This document shows, in pieces, positions 1 through 8,672 of a stretch of DNA of 64,000 nt. How positions within the stretch are numbered: position 1 is the stretch's first letter; the number at the start of each line of letters is the position of its first letter. The stretch is from assembly GCA_002413795.1 (NCBI GenBank), contig DHXS01000009.1, positions 7,820 through 71,819 of the forward strand. The letters run 5' to 3'. Made by a program: the position numbers and the translations under genes. The notes below the pieces were generated by a model, which was not told where the DNA came from, did not search any database, and saw nothing but the letters and a program-made list of their open reading frames with translations. This DNA is from Candidatus Saccharibacteria bacterium UBA5150. GTDB taxonomy: Bacteria > Patescibacteriota > Saccharimonadia > Saccharimonadales > UBA4665.

Positions 1-111
1 TACAACTACGGCGTTTTCCTGGCCCTGTTCGCCGGCGGCTTTATTGTCGGCCTGGTATTGGAACTGGCCGTCCACCTGGCCACCGCCTCGCGCCGCAAAG
101 GCTACGACTGA
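1..111 (+). CDS. 3' end of a membrane protein CDS (5' part lies outside the window)
   Basis: The frame is open from nt 1 (YNYGVFLALFAGGFIVGLVLELAVHLATASRRKGYD) and ends at TGA 109-111. It encodes a hydrophobic helix. Confidence 0.4.
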   Translation, partial: YNYGVFLALFAGGFIVGLVLELAVHLATASRRKGYD

Positions 112-3066
112 TTATTTATCGGGGGTTTCCGGGGCAACGCTAAAAGAGCCTTCATGATCTATGAAGATGGTGTCGTCACTGCCCGGTTCCAGGTCGGAAC
201 GGTGCTCGGTTTTAGCCGGCGGCCTAGCCGTAGGCCGGGCCTTTATGGTGTTAGGGCTGTCCAGCTGCTGGCGGAGCTCGTCGGCTATTTTATGAACTTC
301 GCCCTGCTCCAGCACATCGCTTGAGATGTTATTGCCGCTTGTGGACTGTGTTGACGAAGTCGGTGGCGTTGCAGTCGGTCGGAAGGCCTGAGAGGCAGCT
401 GACGGCCCGGCTGGCGGCGCTGCGGGCGGCTGGTCGGGCAAGGCCGTGCGGGTCTGGATGGCCGGCGCCGGCGCGGCCGGGGCTGAGCCGCCTTGACGGC
501 GTTTAGCCAGCCACTCGTCCAGGAATGAACCGCTGGCGGCAGGAGGCGCGGCCGGCGCCGGCGCGGTGGCTATAGCCGGCCGGGTACCGGCTGTTCCGCT
601 ATAGCCACCGCCGGTCATCGGCGTGATCTCACCCAAAGTCACCATCCGGGCATTAATTTCCCTCTCGATAATGGCCTTCGGCCGGCCGTATTTAGCCGCC
701 GACAGCTGTTTAAGGGCTTCCGACAACCGCGGATTGGGTGTGCCCAGCGGCGGCAGAGTGGCCATGCTGAAAGGCTGGGTCGGGATGCCGCCGATTAGGG
801 TGCGTACGATAGTGTTGTAGTTCGGTACTCTCAGCAAGTCATCGCTTTCGAAAGTCGGCTGGAAGTATTTGCCCAGGCTCTCGACGTCGTTCTGGCCGAT
901 CCTAAAGGACACGATGGTGCCCATATTACCGAAGACCGAGTCACGGACTTCCTGCGTCAGCTGGGTAGTGAACTGGTTGGCCACAATCAGGTTCAGGCGG
1001 TACTTGCGGGCCTCGGACATAATGGTGGCAAAGCTGTCGGTCGAGAAGTTCTGGAACTCGTCGACGTAAAGGCTGAAGTCCACCCGGTCGTCTTCCGGTA
1101 TATCGGAGCGGCTCATGGCGGCCGCCTGGAACTTCATCACAAAAACCATGCCCAACAGCTTGGAATTAAGCTCGCCGGTGCGCCCCTTGCTCAAATTGAC
1201 CAGCAGGATTTTCTTATTGTCCATAATATTGCGCAGGTCAAAAGCGCTCTTGGTCTGTCCGATTATGTTGCGCATCATTTCGTTACTCAGGAAAGCGCCG
1301 AACTTACTGACGAACCAACTGGTCACCTCACCGAACTCATTGGAGCGCTGGGAGGCCGGCATCTCCTTGTTCCAGAACTCCAGCACATTCATGTCTTTGA
1401 CATGTTGTAATTTCTGCTGTACAAACTTGGGGTCCCGGAATAACTTGGGAATATCTACGAAAGTACCCCCGTTAGGATCGGCCATAATAGTCAGCGCGGC
1501 ATTGCGGAACAAATGCTCGTAGCGCGGTCCCATGATGCCCTGGTGTTGTGGATCGTACAGCTTATACAGCATATTAAGGGCTTCCTGGATCAGGAAATCT
1601 TTCTGGTCCGGGTTGTTATATTCGAACAAATTAAGGCCCATGGGATAGTCCATGTCGGCTGGGCTGAAGTAGATAACATCCTCGGTGCGCTCTTTGGGTA
1701 CCATTGATAAAAGCTTCTCGGCGGTGTCGCCGTGCGGGTCTACAAAGGCAAAGCCGTTGCCGCTGAGCATGTCCTGCAGGGCCAGGTTTTCCAGAAAGGT
1801 CGACTTACCGGTACCGGTCTGTCCGACTACGTACATGTGCCGTTGGCGATCGGTCAGGCTGAGCCGGATCGGCTTCTTGGCCCCTCTAAACAGATTGTAG
1901 CCCAGCAGTAAGCCCTCCTCGGGCACGTTGCGCGGTCCGTCTACCTGCTTGGAGCTCTGGCGGGTCAGCTGGCTGGTCGGTATACTGCGCTCGTCCGGGA
2001 AATGGAACAGCGTGGCCAGCTCCACCGAGTTAAGGATGTTGCCGCCCTGGTGCTGAGGGAAAAAACGCATTATATAAGAGGTTATCAGCCCTTCTATATC
2101 CTTGGCCGGCGTATATTTGAAGCCGTTCTTACCGGGGGCGTCGTACAGGCTGAAGCTGGCCACGATATTACCAAGGATAGCCTGCGCCCGCTGGCTGATG
2201 TTGGAAGAGGCTATTACCCTTATAACCACCTCGTAACCGGGGTGGCGGGTCTTTTCGTCTATAGCGTCCAGGGTGGCCTGCTCCAGGTTGGATAACTCGG
2301 GCTTTTTGGAATCGCCGTCACTACTGCCCTGCGGCGGCTTATTAAAGGCCACTAACAGATCCCTGATTATACCGCTTAAGCCAAGCCCTTTATCGCCCCT
2401 GCGCTTGTTGCTGGCTATGTTGGCGGCGCTTTTGCGCCAGCCGGGATTGGCCGGCCGCATCATTATCTGAATGCCGGCGCCATCCTCTTTGCCCAGGGTC
2501 GACAGGGCGTTTAGAAGAGCCTGCATGCTGTCGCGCTTGAGGTCCTGGAAAGTCGCTATAGGATAGGCGAAGTGCTCTTTAAGAGTCAGCTCGCCGCCGA
2601 GAGTGCCGGAAACCTTGCCCACCGGGCTGAAGATGTTGTGTTCGGCTACTTCCTCCAGCCGGGCAGTGGGATAAGCGCTGTTAATGGCCTGCTTGACTAC
2701 CTCTAAAAGGGCAATCGGCACGGCCGCGTAGAAGTAAACGAACCCCTGGCTGCCGACAATTTCAAAGGCGAAGTGCCTCTGGCCGTAGAAGCTGCTCTTA
2801 AAGTTCTTCTGATAAGTACTGGCGATGATGTTATAGACGGTCTGGGCCTTGCTGATAGTCTCATCGGTAACGTCACGGGCATCGCGGCTGCCGACTTCGA
2901 TGTCATCGCTTGGCGGCGGCAAGTGGATGAACAGCGGCACCATCTTAAGGCCCCGTTCATAGTTTTTTTGTTCACGAAAAGTCCGCCGAGTCTGCAAAAA
3001 AACTATCGGTGCGGCCACTAATATCATCACAAAAATGATGGCCAGGATAGTAAGGAGTGCTGTCAT
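112..3066 (-). CDS. Type IV secretion coupling-protein-like ATPase (TraD/TraG/VirD4 family) with an N-terminal TM helix and a Pro/Ala-rich tail
   Basis: 984-aa ORF. Motifs: Walker A GQTGTGKST, FAFVDPHGD, Walker B-like LYVDEFQNF. The N-terminus is hydrophobic and the C-terminal ~200 aa are A/P/S low complexity. Confidence 0.8.
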   Translation of the reverse strand: MTALLTILAIIFVMILVAAPIVFLQTRRTFREQKNYERGLKMVPLFIHLPPPSDDIEVGSRDARDVTDETISKAQTVYNIIASTYQKNFKSSFYGQRHFAFEIVGSQGFVYFYAAVPIALLEVVKQAINSAYPTARLEEVAEHNIFSPVGKVSGTLGGELTLKEHFAYPIATFQDLKRDSMQALLNALSTLGKEDGAGIQIMMRPANPGWRKSAANIASNKRRGDKGLGLSGIIRDLLVAFNKPPQGSSDGDSKKPELSNLEQATLDAIDEKTRHPGYEVVIRVIASSNISQRAQAILGNIVASFSLYDAPGKNGFKYTPAKDIEGLITSYIMRFFPQHQGGNILNSVELATLFHFPDERSIPTSQLTRQSSKQVDGPRNVPEEGLLLGYNLFRGAKKPIRLSLTDRQRHMYVVGQTGTGKSTFLENLALQDMLSGNGFAFVDPHGDTAEKLLSMVPKERTEDVIYFSPADMDYPMGLNLFEYNNPDQKDFLIQEALNMLYKLYDPQHQGIMGPRYEHLFRNAALTIMADPNGGTFVDIPKLFRDPKFVQQKLQHVKDMNVLEFWNKEMPASQRSNEFGEVTSWFVSKFGAFLSNEMMRNIIGQTKSAFDLRNIMDNKKILLVNLSKGRTGELNSKLLGMVFVMKFQAAAMSRSDIPEDDRVDFSLYVDEFQNFSTDSFATIMSEARKYRLNLIVANQFTTQLTQEVRDSVFGNMGTIVSFRIGQNDVESLGKYFQPTFESDDLLRVPNYNTIVRTLIGGIPTQPFSMATLPPLGTPNPRLSEALKQLSAAKYGRPKAIIEREINARMVTLGEITPMTGGGYSGTAGTRPAIATAPAPAAPPAASGSFLDEWLAKRRQGGSAPAAPAPAIQTRTALPDQPPAAPPAGPSAASQAFRPTATPPTSSTQSTSGNNISSDVLEQGEVHKIADELRQQLDSPNTIKARPTARPPAKTEHRSDLEPGSDDTIFIDHEGSFSVAPETPDK

Positions 3067-3071
3067 TTGGT

Positions 3072-3503
3072 CTACTTATTAAGTTTAATGGCCTTGTTGT
3101 AGCGCTGTTGCATATAATCAGCCTTGACCACTGTTAACTCCTCGCTTTGCTTGTAAGGATCCTCGCGGGTGTTGTCGACAATCCTCTTCGCTTTGTTAAC
3201 CCACTCTTTTTCAATAAGATCACCATCATCCGCCAGGGGTGAATCAGCTGCCGGCGTTGTGCCGGACACACCGCTTTGGGGCAGCGCGGCGGTCGGCGCC
3301 GGCGGCACCGGTATGGTCAGGGGTGGCACCGCTGCGCCCGGCCGGGCTGGCGCAGGTGCCTTTTCAGCAGTAGCGGCCTGAGACTGCTCAACAACCGAAC
3401 CGTCTTCTTCGACCGTTAGATCAATTGACGGTGCCCGTTCTTGAACCGCAGGCGGCAACTGATTTCCACTGGCTTCGTTGTTTGGCGGGTTCATACTACC
3501 CAT
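3072..3503 (-). CDS. Hypothetical protein with an A/P-rich N-half and a charged C-terminus
   Basis: 143-aa ORF lying 5 nt upstream of the coupling-ATPase start, which suggests an operon. No motif recognised. Confidence 0.55.
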   Translation of the reverse strand: MGSMNPPNNEASGNQLPPAVQERAPSIDLTVEEDGSVVEQSQAATAEKAPAPARPGAAVPPLTIPVPPAPTAALPQSGVSGTTPAADSPLADDGDLIEKEWVNKAKRIVDNTREDPYKQSEELTVVKADYMQQRYNKAIKLNK

Positions 3504-3511
3504 TATACAAC

Positions 3512-3886
3512 TTAGCTACTTAAATTGCGCTGGCTGGTTTTAAGATAAGCGCTATAAAAATAACCTAAGATTGACAGGGGCAATAAGACCGTCAGGTCGC
3601 GCCGATTGAGCTCGCCGATCGACTGCAGAGCTATTAAGCCGGCCGTGATAAGCGTCAGGTAGACCGCCAGCGAGCGCTGGCGTTTTATAGTTACCCCGTA
3701 TAACCTGCCCAGCCTCAGCAAACCGCGAACTAGCTGGTAGAGAGTCAGGCTAAGCAAGCCGAAACCGATGATCACCACGAATGAAGGCACCTTGCTAACA
3801 TCGGTGGTACAGAATAATAAAACGTCCGCCAGGAGTAGGCAGACGGTTTGGCGGATAGATTGATTAGAGGTTATTTTCATGATCAA
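3512..3886 (-). CDS. Small integral membrane protein
   Basis: 124-aa ORF with several hydrophobic helices. It sits 8 nt from the next gene on the same strand. Confidence 0.55.
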   Translation of the reverse strand: MIMKITSNQSIRQTVCLLLADVLLFCTTDVSKVPSFVVIIGFGLLSLTLYQLVRGLLRLGRLYGVTIKRQRSLAVYLTLITAGLIALQSIGELNRRDLTVLLPLSILGYFYSAYLKTSQRNLSS

Positions 3887-4186
3887 AATGGTGCCGGGGC
3901 GACAAATCCGCTCATAATTATTAGACTATTGGAGCGCTTGCCGCCCAACGGCGAGACTGACCGCTCTATCGGCTTTTAGGGCCAAACAGAGCGCCATACG
4001 GATTAACTCCGTTGTAAGTCTGCCCCCGCGAGGGCTACGTGAGGCTAAATTGTACGAACCTTTTTGTTTTTGGACTTACAGATTTATGCTAGCATGACGG
4101 GCTCAAAATGTCAATCTGCTTATGCTTCCCGGACGCGGCCTCAAAAGTTATGCACAGGTTTATGAAAAAATTAAGCATAATTGTTA

Positions 4187-4215
4187 TTGACGGCCTTAAT
4201 TCGATTCTATAAGAT
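4187..4215 (+). promoter_or_regulatory. Sigma70-like promoter candidate
   Basis: TTGACG (4187-4192), a 17-nt spacer, then TAAGAT (4210-4215). Confidence 0.4.
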
Positions 4216-4220
4216 AACAA

Positions 4221-4390
4221 TAGCACTTGAACAAATTAAGTGCTCAAAAACAAAAAGACCCCTGGAGACAACAATTTCTCGCAAGTTGTTGTCTCCACCA
4301 AAAAAGAACAAACCCCAAAACCTTAAAAGCCAAACAAAAACATTAAATAATCGTTAAAACACCTTGTCTTTCCCGGGACAAGGTGTTTTA
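4221..4390 (+). ncRNA. Candidate small RNA or structured comM leader (class unknown)
   Basis: Three perfect hairpins: 4222-4244 (7 bp), 4264-4296 (11 bp) and 4356-4389 (13 bp, 3' arm ending in TTTT). They are separated by G-free C/A-rich linkers. There is no ORF. Confidence 0.3.
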
Positions 4391-4440
4391 CTTTGTCTTG
4401 AAAAGAGCGCGGTGGGCCGCAAATGGAGGTTTAAAGGCCT

Positions 4441-5976
4441 ATGGGTGCCAGCGTGCAGAGTATTATCAGTAACGGCAGTGACGGAACTATAGTTGATATC
4501 GAATGTCACCTCTCAAATAACCTACCAAACATCATAATTGTTGGTTTTGCTAACAAGGCTGTCGATGAAGCCCGCGAACGTATCAGGGGTGCATTCGCAA
4601 CTAGCCTAATAATGCTACCTCGCAAAAGGGTCATTATTAACCTGGCGCCGGCCGACATCCCCAAAGCCGACAGCGGCTTCGATCTGGCCATCGCCGTAGC
4701 CATCTTACTGGCCAACGGCCAGCTGAGCGGCTTGCCCAGGGGTAAACAGGCTTTTATCGGCGAATTAGGCTTAGATGGCACTACTAGAGCTGTTCGTGGC
4801 ATCATAGGTAAACTGCTGACCGGACGAGCCAACGGCATCAGAACCTTCTATATCCCGGCGACCAATCTGCCGCAAGCCCAATTAGTCCCTAAAGTTACTC
4901 TAGTACCTGTTAAGAACCTCCAGCAACTGTATGGCCACTTAACCCATTTGCTGCCAATCAAACCTGTTAAAACCGGTTCGGGCCGCTACCGCTTGCCTGC
5001 CACCAAAGCTCCTACGGTGAATGTGCACCTGAGCGAGGTGGTTGGCCAGGAGCAAGCCAAGCGAGCCCTCGAAATCGCCGCGGCCGGCGGCCACAATGTC
5101 TTTTTCGGTGGACCTCCGGGCACCGGCAAAAGCATGCTAGCCAAAGCCCTGGCCTCCATTTTGCCGCCCCTTAACGGAGAAGAGATTTTAGAAGTTACTC
5201 ATCTGCACAGCTTGGCCGGCCGCGATTACGAGCATATCGTCACCGAGCGCCCCTTTCGATCACCGCATCACAGCGCCAGCCACGCAGCAGTGTTAGGTGG
5301 CGGCAACAAGCTGCGGCCGGGTGAAATCAGCCTAGCCCACCGCGGGGTACTGTTTTTCGACGAATTACCGGAGTTCAGCCGCGAAACCCTCGAGGCCTTG
5401 CGCCAACCGCTTGAAGATCGCGTTATCAGCATTGCCCGAGTCAAAGAGACAGCCGAATACCCGGCCAATTTCATGCTGGTAGCCACAGCTAACCCCTGTC
5501 CTTGCGGCTATTATGGCACCGACAAGGGCTGTCGCTGCCTGCCATCGGCAATGTTGCGCTATCGTGGCAAGTTATCTGGCCCCATTCTGGACCGCATCGA
5601 TCTCTATACCAGTGTTCATAAAATCGAGCACGACAAACTCCTGGTACAGGCGCTCGACCTCAAGGCCGAAGAAAAGGTAAGGCAGCGGGTTATCCGGGCC
5701 CGCAAACAGCAAGCCAAGCGCTTCAGGCATTCCGGTAAGCTTAACGCCGACATGACTAACGGTGATATCAGGCAGCTTAGTCGTATCAATCCCGAGGCCG
5801 GCGTTCTTCTCAACCGGGCCGCAGTTAAGAGGGGCTTGTCAGCCCGTGGTTATATGAGAACTATAAAAGTTGCCCGTACCATCGCCGACCTCGAAGCCTC
5901 ATTAATAATTACTGTGGCGCACATCAGCGAAGCCCTGGGTTACTGTTCGACTCAAAATTTCTTCTCCAAGCCATGA
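4441..5976 (+). CDS. comM: YifB/ComM family Mg-chelatase-like AAA+ ATPase
   Basis: 511 aa. The N-terminal Lon-like domain, Walker A GGPPGTGKSML and the CPCGYYG..CRC zinc motif are typical of ComM. GGAGG lies upstream. Confidence 0.9.
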   Translation: MGASVQSIISNGSDGTIVDIECHLSNNLPNIIIVGFANKAVDEARERIRGAFATSLIMLPRKRVIINLAPADIPKADSGFDLAIAVAILLANGQLSGLPRGKQAFIGELGLDGTTRAVRGIIGKLLTGRANGIRTFYIPATNLPQAQLVPKVTLVPVKNLQQLYGHLTHLLPIKPVKTGSGRYRLPATKAPTVNVHLSEVVGQEQAKRALEIAAAGGHNVFFGGPPGTGKSMLAKALASILPPLNGEEILEVTHLHSLAGRDYEHIVTERPFRSPHHSASHAAVLGGGNKLRPGEISLAHRGVLFFDELPEFSRETLEALRQPLEDRVISIARVKETAEYPANFMLVATANPCPCGYYGTDKGCRCLPSAMLRYRGKLSGPILDRIDLYTSVHKIEHDKLLVQALDLKAEEKVRQRVIRARKQQAKRFRHSGKLNADMTNGDIRQLSRINPEAGVLLNRAAVKRGLSARGYMRTIKVARTIADLEASLIITVAHISEALGYCSTQNFFSKP

Positions 5977-6057
5977 GACTATCAACAATAAAATTTGAAG
6001 GTACCTACATAAAACGTACATATTATGTAGGTGTTAAGGGTATGGTATGGGGTAATC

Positions 6058-6270
6058 ATGTATGGAATATGTATGGACAGCAAAACTATTAATCTAACAA
6101 TCCCTGCCAATCTTCTTGCCGAACTAGATGAGGCGGCCAAAGCAAACTACACCTCGCGAAGCGACTATATACGTGAGTCCGTAGTGCTGCGTCTCAAAAA
6201 GCAGCATGTCGTCGATAATTCCACCGAGAATGAACCTTCCCCGGCTGGCGGTTCATTGTTTGACCTCTGA
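6058..6270 (+). CDS. Ribbon-helix-helix (CopG/MetJ-like) DNA-binding protein
   Basis: The sequence INLTIPANLLAELDEAAKANYTSRSDYIRESVVLRL fits the RHH pattern. The start is uncertain (6031 GTG, 6058 ATG or 6073 ATG); GGGG precedes 6058. Confidence 0.6.
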   Translation: MYGICMDSKTINLTIPANLLAELDEAAKANYTSRSDYIRESVVLRLKKQHVVDNSTENEPSPAGGSLFDL

Positions 6271-6331
6271 GGTGTCATCTGTTAGAATGGCTTTACGTCA
6301 AAACTAATAATGTTTAACGGGAGATCAGGTC

Positions 6332-6871
6332 ATAGCCAAATACACCCGCCTGAATGATCAAATTCGGGCACCCAAGCTGCGTGTTATAGATGAAAACGGC
6401 AAGCAGCTCGGCATCTTGAGCAAGCAGGAAGCCTTGGCCATGGCCCAGGAACGCGACCTAGATCTGGTGGAGATTTCGCCGGATGCCGATCCGCCGGTTT
6501 GCAAAATCGTCGATTGGGGCAAGTACAATTACCAGCGTACCAAGCAGCTTCAAAAGAACCGCAAAACCGCCAAAACGCTCGATATGAAACAGATGCGTTT
6601 CGGACTCAAGATCGGCGCCCACGACCTGGCTATCAAGATGGGCAAGGTCACCAAGTTCCTGGAGATTGGCCATAAAGTTAAAATCACCATCGTTTACCGG
6701 GGACGCGAGCAAGCCCACAAGGAAATCGGCTTTAACATCGCTCAAAAGGTAATCGAGAGCTTCGGTGATACAATAATAGTCGACCAGCAGCCGCAATTAG
6801 CCGGCCGCCAACTCAATTTCGTCATAAGACACAGTGGAAGGAAACAAGATGCCAAAACTGAAAACCCATAG
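6332..6871 (+). CDS. infC: Translation initiation factor IF-3, probable non-AUG (ATA) start
   Basis: The ORF-track fragment starts at TTG 6416. Conserved IF-3 N-terminal sequence (RLNDQIRAPKLRVIDENGKQLGI) continues in frame upstream to stop TAA 6308-6310. GGGAGA (6318-6323) precedes ATA 6332. Confidence 0.8.
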   Translation: MAKYTRLNDQIRAPKLRVIDENGKQLGILSKQEALAMAQERDLDLVEISPDADPPVCKIVDWGKYNYQRTKQLQKNRKTAKTLDMKQMRFGLKIGAHDLAIKMGKVTKFLEIGHKVKITIVYRGREQAHKEIGFNIAQKVIESFGDTIIVDQQPQLAGRQLNFVIRHSGRKQDAKTENP

Positions 6872-7043
6872 CGGTACCAAAGACCGCGTTAGAGTCAGCA
6901 AGAACGGTAAGGTCCGGGTCGGCAGTGCCAACCTGAACCACTTTTTGGGCAAGAAAAGCGGCAGCCGTAAGCGCGCTCTGCGCGGCCTGACCACGCGAAA
7001 AGGCAAAATGGCCAAGAACATTAAGAAGAATCTGGGAGTTTAA
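6849..7043 (+). CDS. rpmI: 50S ribosomal protein L35
   Basis: MPKLKTHSGTKDRVRVSKNGKV is the classic L35 N-terminus. GGAAGGA lies upstream. The gene overlaps the infC 3' end. Confidence 0.9.
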   Translation: MPKLKTHSGTKDRVRVSKNGKVRVGSANLNHFLGKKSGSRKRALRGLTTRKGKMAKNIKKNLGV

Positions 7044-7046
7044 CAG

Positions 7047-7391
7047 ATGCGAGTCAAACGCGGCGTCACCGGGCACGCCAAGCACAAGAAGATCCGGAAA
7101 GCCACCAAGGGCTTCAGCCACCCCAACCGGGTCAGTGTTAAGCGCGGCAAGCAAGCCGTTACCAAGTCACTTCAGCACGCCACCCGCGACCGCAAGAACC
7201 GCAAGCGCACCTTCCGTGAACTGTGGAACGCCCGCATCAATGCCGCCGCCCGCTTAAACGGCACTACCTATAGCAAGCTGATCGCCGGCCTCAAAAAGGC
7301 CAATATCACCCTGGACCGCAAAGTCCTGGCCGAACTGGCCGTCAACGAACCAAAGGCCTTCACGGCCGTCGTCAAGGCCGCCCTAAAATAA
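7047..7391 (+). CDS. rplT: 50S ribosomal protein L20
   Basis: [18 protein letters not shown].. is the L20 signature. The gene follows rpmI in the infC-rpmI-rplT order. Confidence 0.95.
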   Translation: MRVKRGVTGHAKHKKIRKATKGFSHPNRVSVKRGKQAVTKSLQHATRDRKNRKRTFRELWNARINAAARLNGTTYSKLIAGLKKANITLDRKVLAELAVNEPKAFTAVVKAALK

Positions 7392-7394
7392 AAA

Positions 7395-7413
7395 GCCCCT
7401 CACGGGGCTTTTT
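7395..7413 (+). terminator. Intrinsic terminator, probably bidirectional (rplT / rnpB)
   Basis: GCCCC-tcac-GGGGC followed by TTTTT. An A-run on the other side gives a U-tract on the minus strand too. Confidence 0.7.
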
Positions 7414-7418
7414 AAGCG

Positions 7419-7785
7419 GCCAGATTATCTGTAAGCCGGGTTCTGTCGAGCCTGGTCATCTATCTAGGCGGCGCATTACTGCGCAACTCGAGCGGTTTTT
7501 GTGATGGGTCCTTAGCGGGACGCTTTAGGCTTTAGGCCTCAAAGTATCCATCTCCTTGCAGCAGGCAGGGTTTACCTCTTTCCGGCGTCACCGCCGGAAA
7601 CTGCGGGCTTTTACCCCGCTCGTTTCACCCTTACCCATGCACCTTTGTTGATAAAGGTGCTGGGCGGTTTCGTTTCTGTGGCACTTTCCCTGGGGTTGCC
7701 CCCGGTCGCCGTTAGCGACTGCCATTTCCCTTTGCTGCCCGGACTTTCCTCGTGCCGGAGCACGCGACCAGTCAATAATCTGACC
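7419..7785 (-). ncRNA. rnpB: RNase P RNA, bacterial type A
   Basis: The reverse complement contains GAGGAAAGTCCGGGC (7741-7751 region), GCCACAGAAA, GGGTAAGGGTGAAA and ACAGAACCCGGCTTA. A 5'/3' P1 pairing is possible (GGTCAGATTAT / ATAATCTGGCC). Confidence 0.9.
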
Positions 7786-7809
7786 ACTGTTGATTATAGC
7801 ACTTATGGC

Positions 7810-8511
7810 TTAATCTGTCACGTCGGTTTGCTCGGGCACAATGCCCAGCTGTTGGTCCAGCGCGCGGTTGACGGCGGCGTCGGCCAGCTTGTTGAACTCG
7901 CGCGGCACATGGCTAAAGCTGATCTTTTCAAACTTTTCAGCCATTTGCCGGATAGCGTCGTGGATCGGCCAAAGGTCGCGGTTCTTAACTTTAAAGATGC
8001 CTTTCATCTGGTTAACCACCAGCAAGCTGTCCAGGTAGACCTGTACCTCGCGGACGCCCATCTTGAGACATTCTTCGAGGGCCAGTTTCAAGGCCGTGTA
8101 TTCGGCCTGGTTGTTGGTGGTAACGCCCAGGTAAACACCCTTGTCGACCAGTATGGTATCTTCCAGGTCGAGCACCACGAAGCCGCTGGCGCTAGGGCCG
8201 GGGTTGCCGCGCGAGCCGCCGTCGGCAAAGACTTTAACCTTTTCGGGATGCGGCTCAACATCGGCCGCGGCTGGCCGGCCGGCCACCAGCTCGTCAATGG
8301 CCTCGGCCATTTCATAGTCTTTATCGGTGATCTTCTTGCCGCCTTCGTGGGTGATCAGCCAGATCTGCACCACGCTCCACTCGTTTTCCCAGCGCGGGTG
8401 GTGCTGGGCCTCTTCGGCCAGCTCGGCCACCTTGGTCATAAAAGCCCACGCTTCTTTGAAATTTTCGAAGTTAAATTGCTTATAAAGCCCGTGTTTGGTT
8501 TCTTTCCACAT
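7810..8511 (-). CDS. Fusion protein: N-terminal PCD/DCoH-like domain plus C-terminal RNase HI
   Basis: The N-terminal sequence EEAQHHPRWENEWSVVQIWLITHEGG matches the pterin-4a-carbinolamine dehydratase motif. The C-terminal sequence FADGGSRGNPGPSA..AEYTALKLALEE..DSLLVVNQM..NKLADAA shows the RNase H DEDD pattern. Confidence 0.8.
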   Translation of the reverse strand: MWKETKHGLYKQFNFENFKEAWAFMTKVAELAEEAQHHPRWENEWSVVQIWLITHEGGKKITDKDYEMAEAIDELVAGRPAAADVEPHPEKVKVFADGGSRGNPGPSASGFVVLDLEDTILVDKGVYLGVTTNNQAEYTALKLALEECLKMGVREVQVYLDSLLVVNQMKGIFKVKNRDLWPIHDAIRQMAEKFEKISFSHVPREFNKLADAAVNRALDQQLGIVPEQTDVTD

Positions 8512-8672
8512 GCTCTCTATCTTAACATGGTCGGCCTTCAGACCTTACGCTTGAACTTAATCACATTATAATAGCTACTCGCAAGTACAAGCGATTCAAC
8601 AATCAGCTTCGTGATCTGCTGGAAATGCCCGAACGTGATAAGCCGGAGCAACCAGTAATGTTATAATTATAG

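Noticed and set aside
3887-4186. tmRNA or SRP RNA in the long intergenic region.
   Set aside because: An ..GGCACCA end on the minus strand looked tRNA-like. However, there is no matching 5' acceptor strand (GCCGGGG), no T-loop, no tag ORF and no SRP GGAA/AGCAGC motif.
7645-8571. A 308-aa plus-strand ORF in the track.
   Set aside because: Its 5' part overlaps RNase P RNA. The rest is antisense to the well-supported PCD-RNase H gene. It has the low-complexity V/L/G/A composition typical of the reverse frame of a GC-rich gene.
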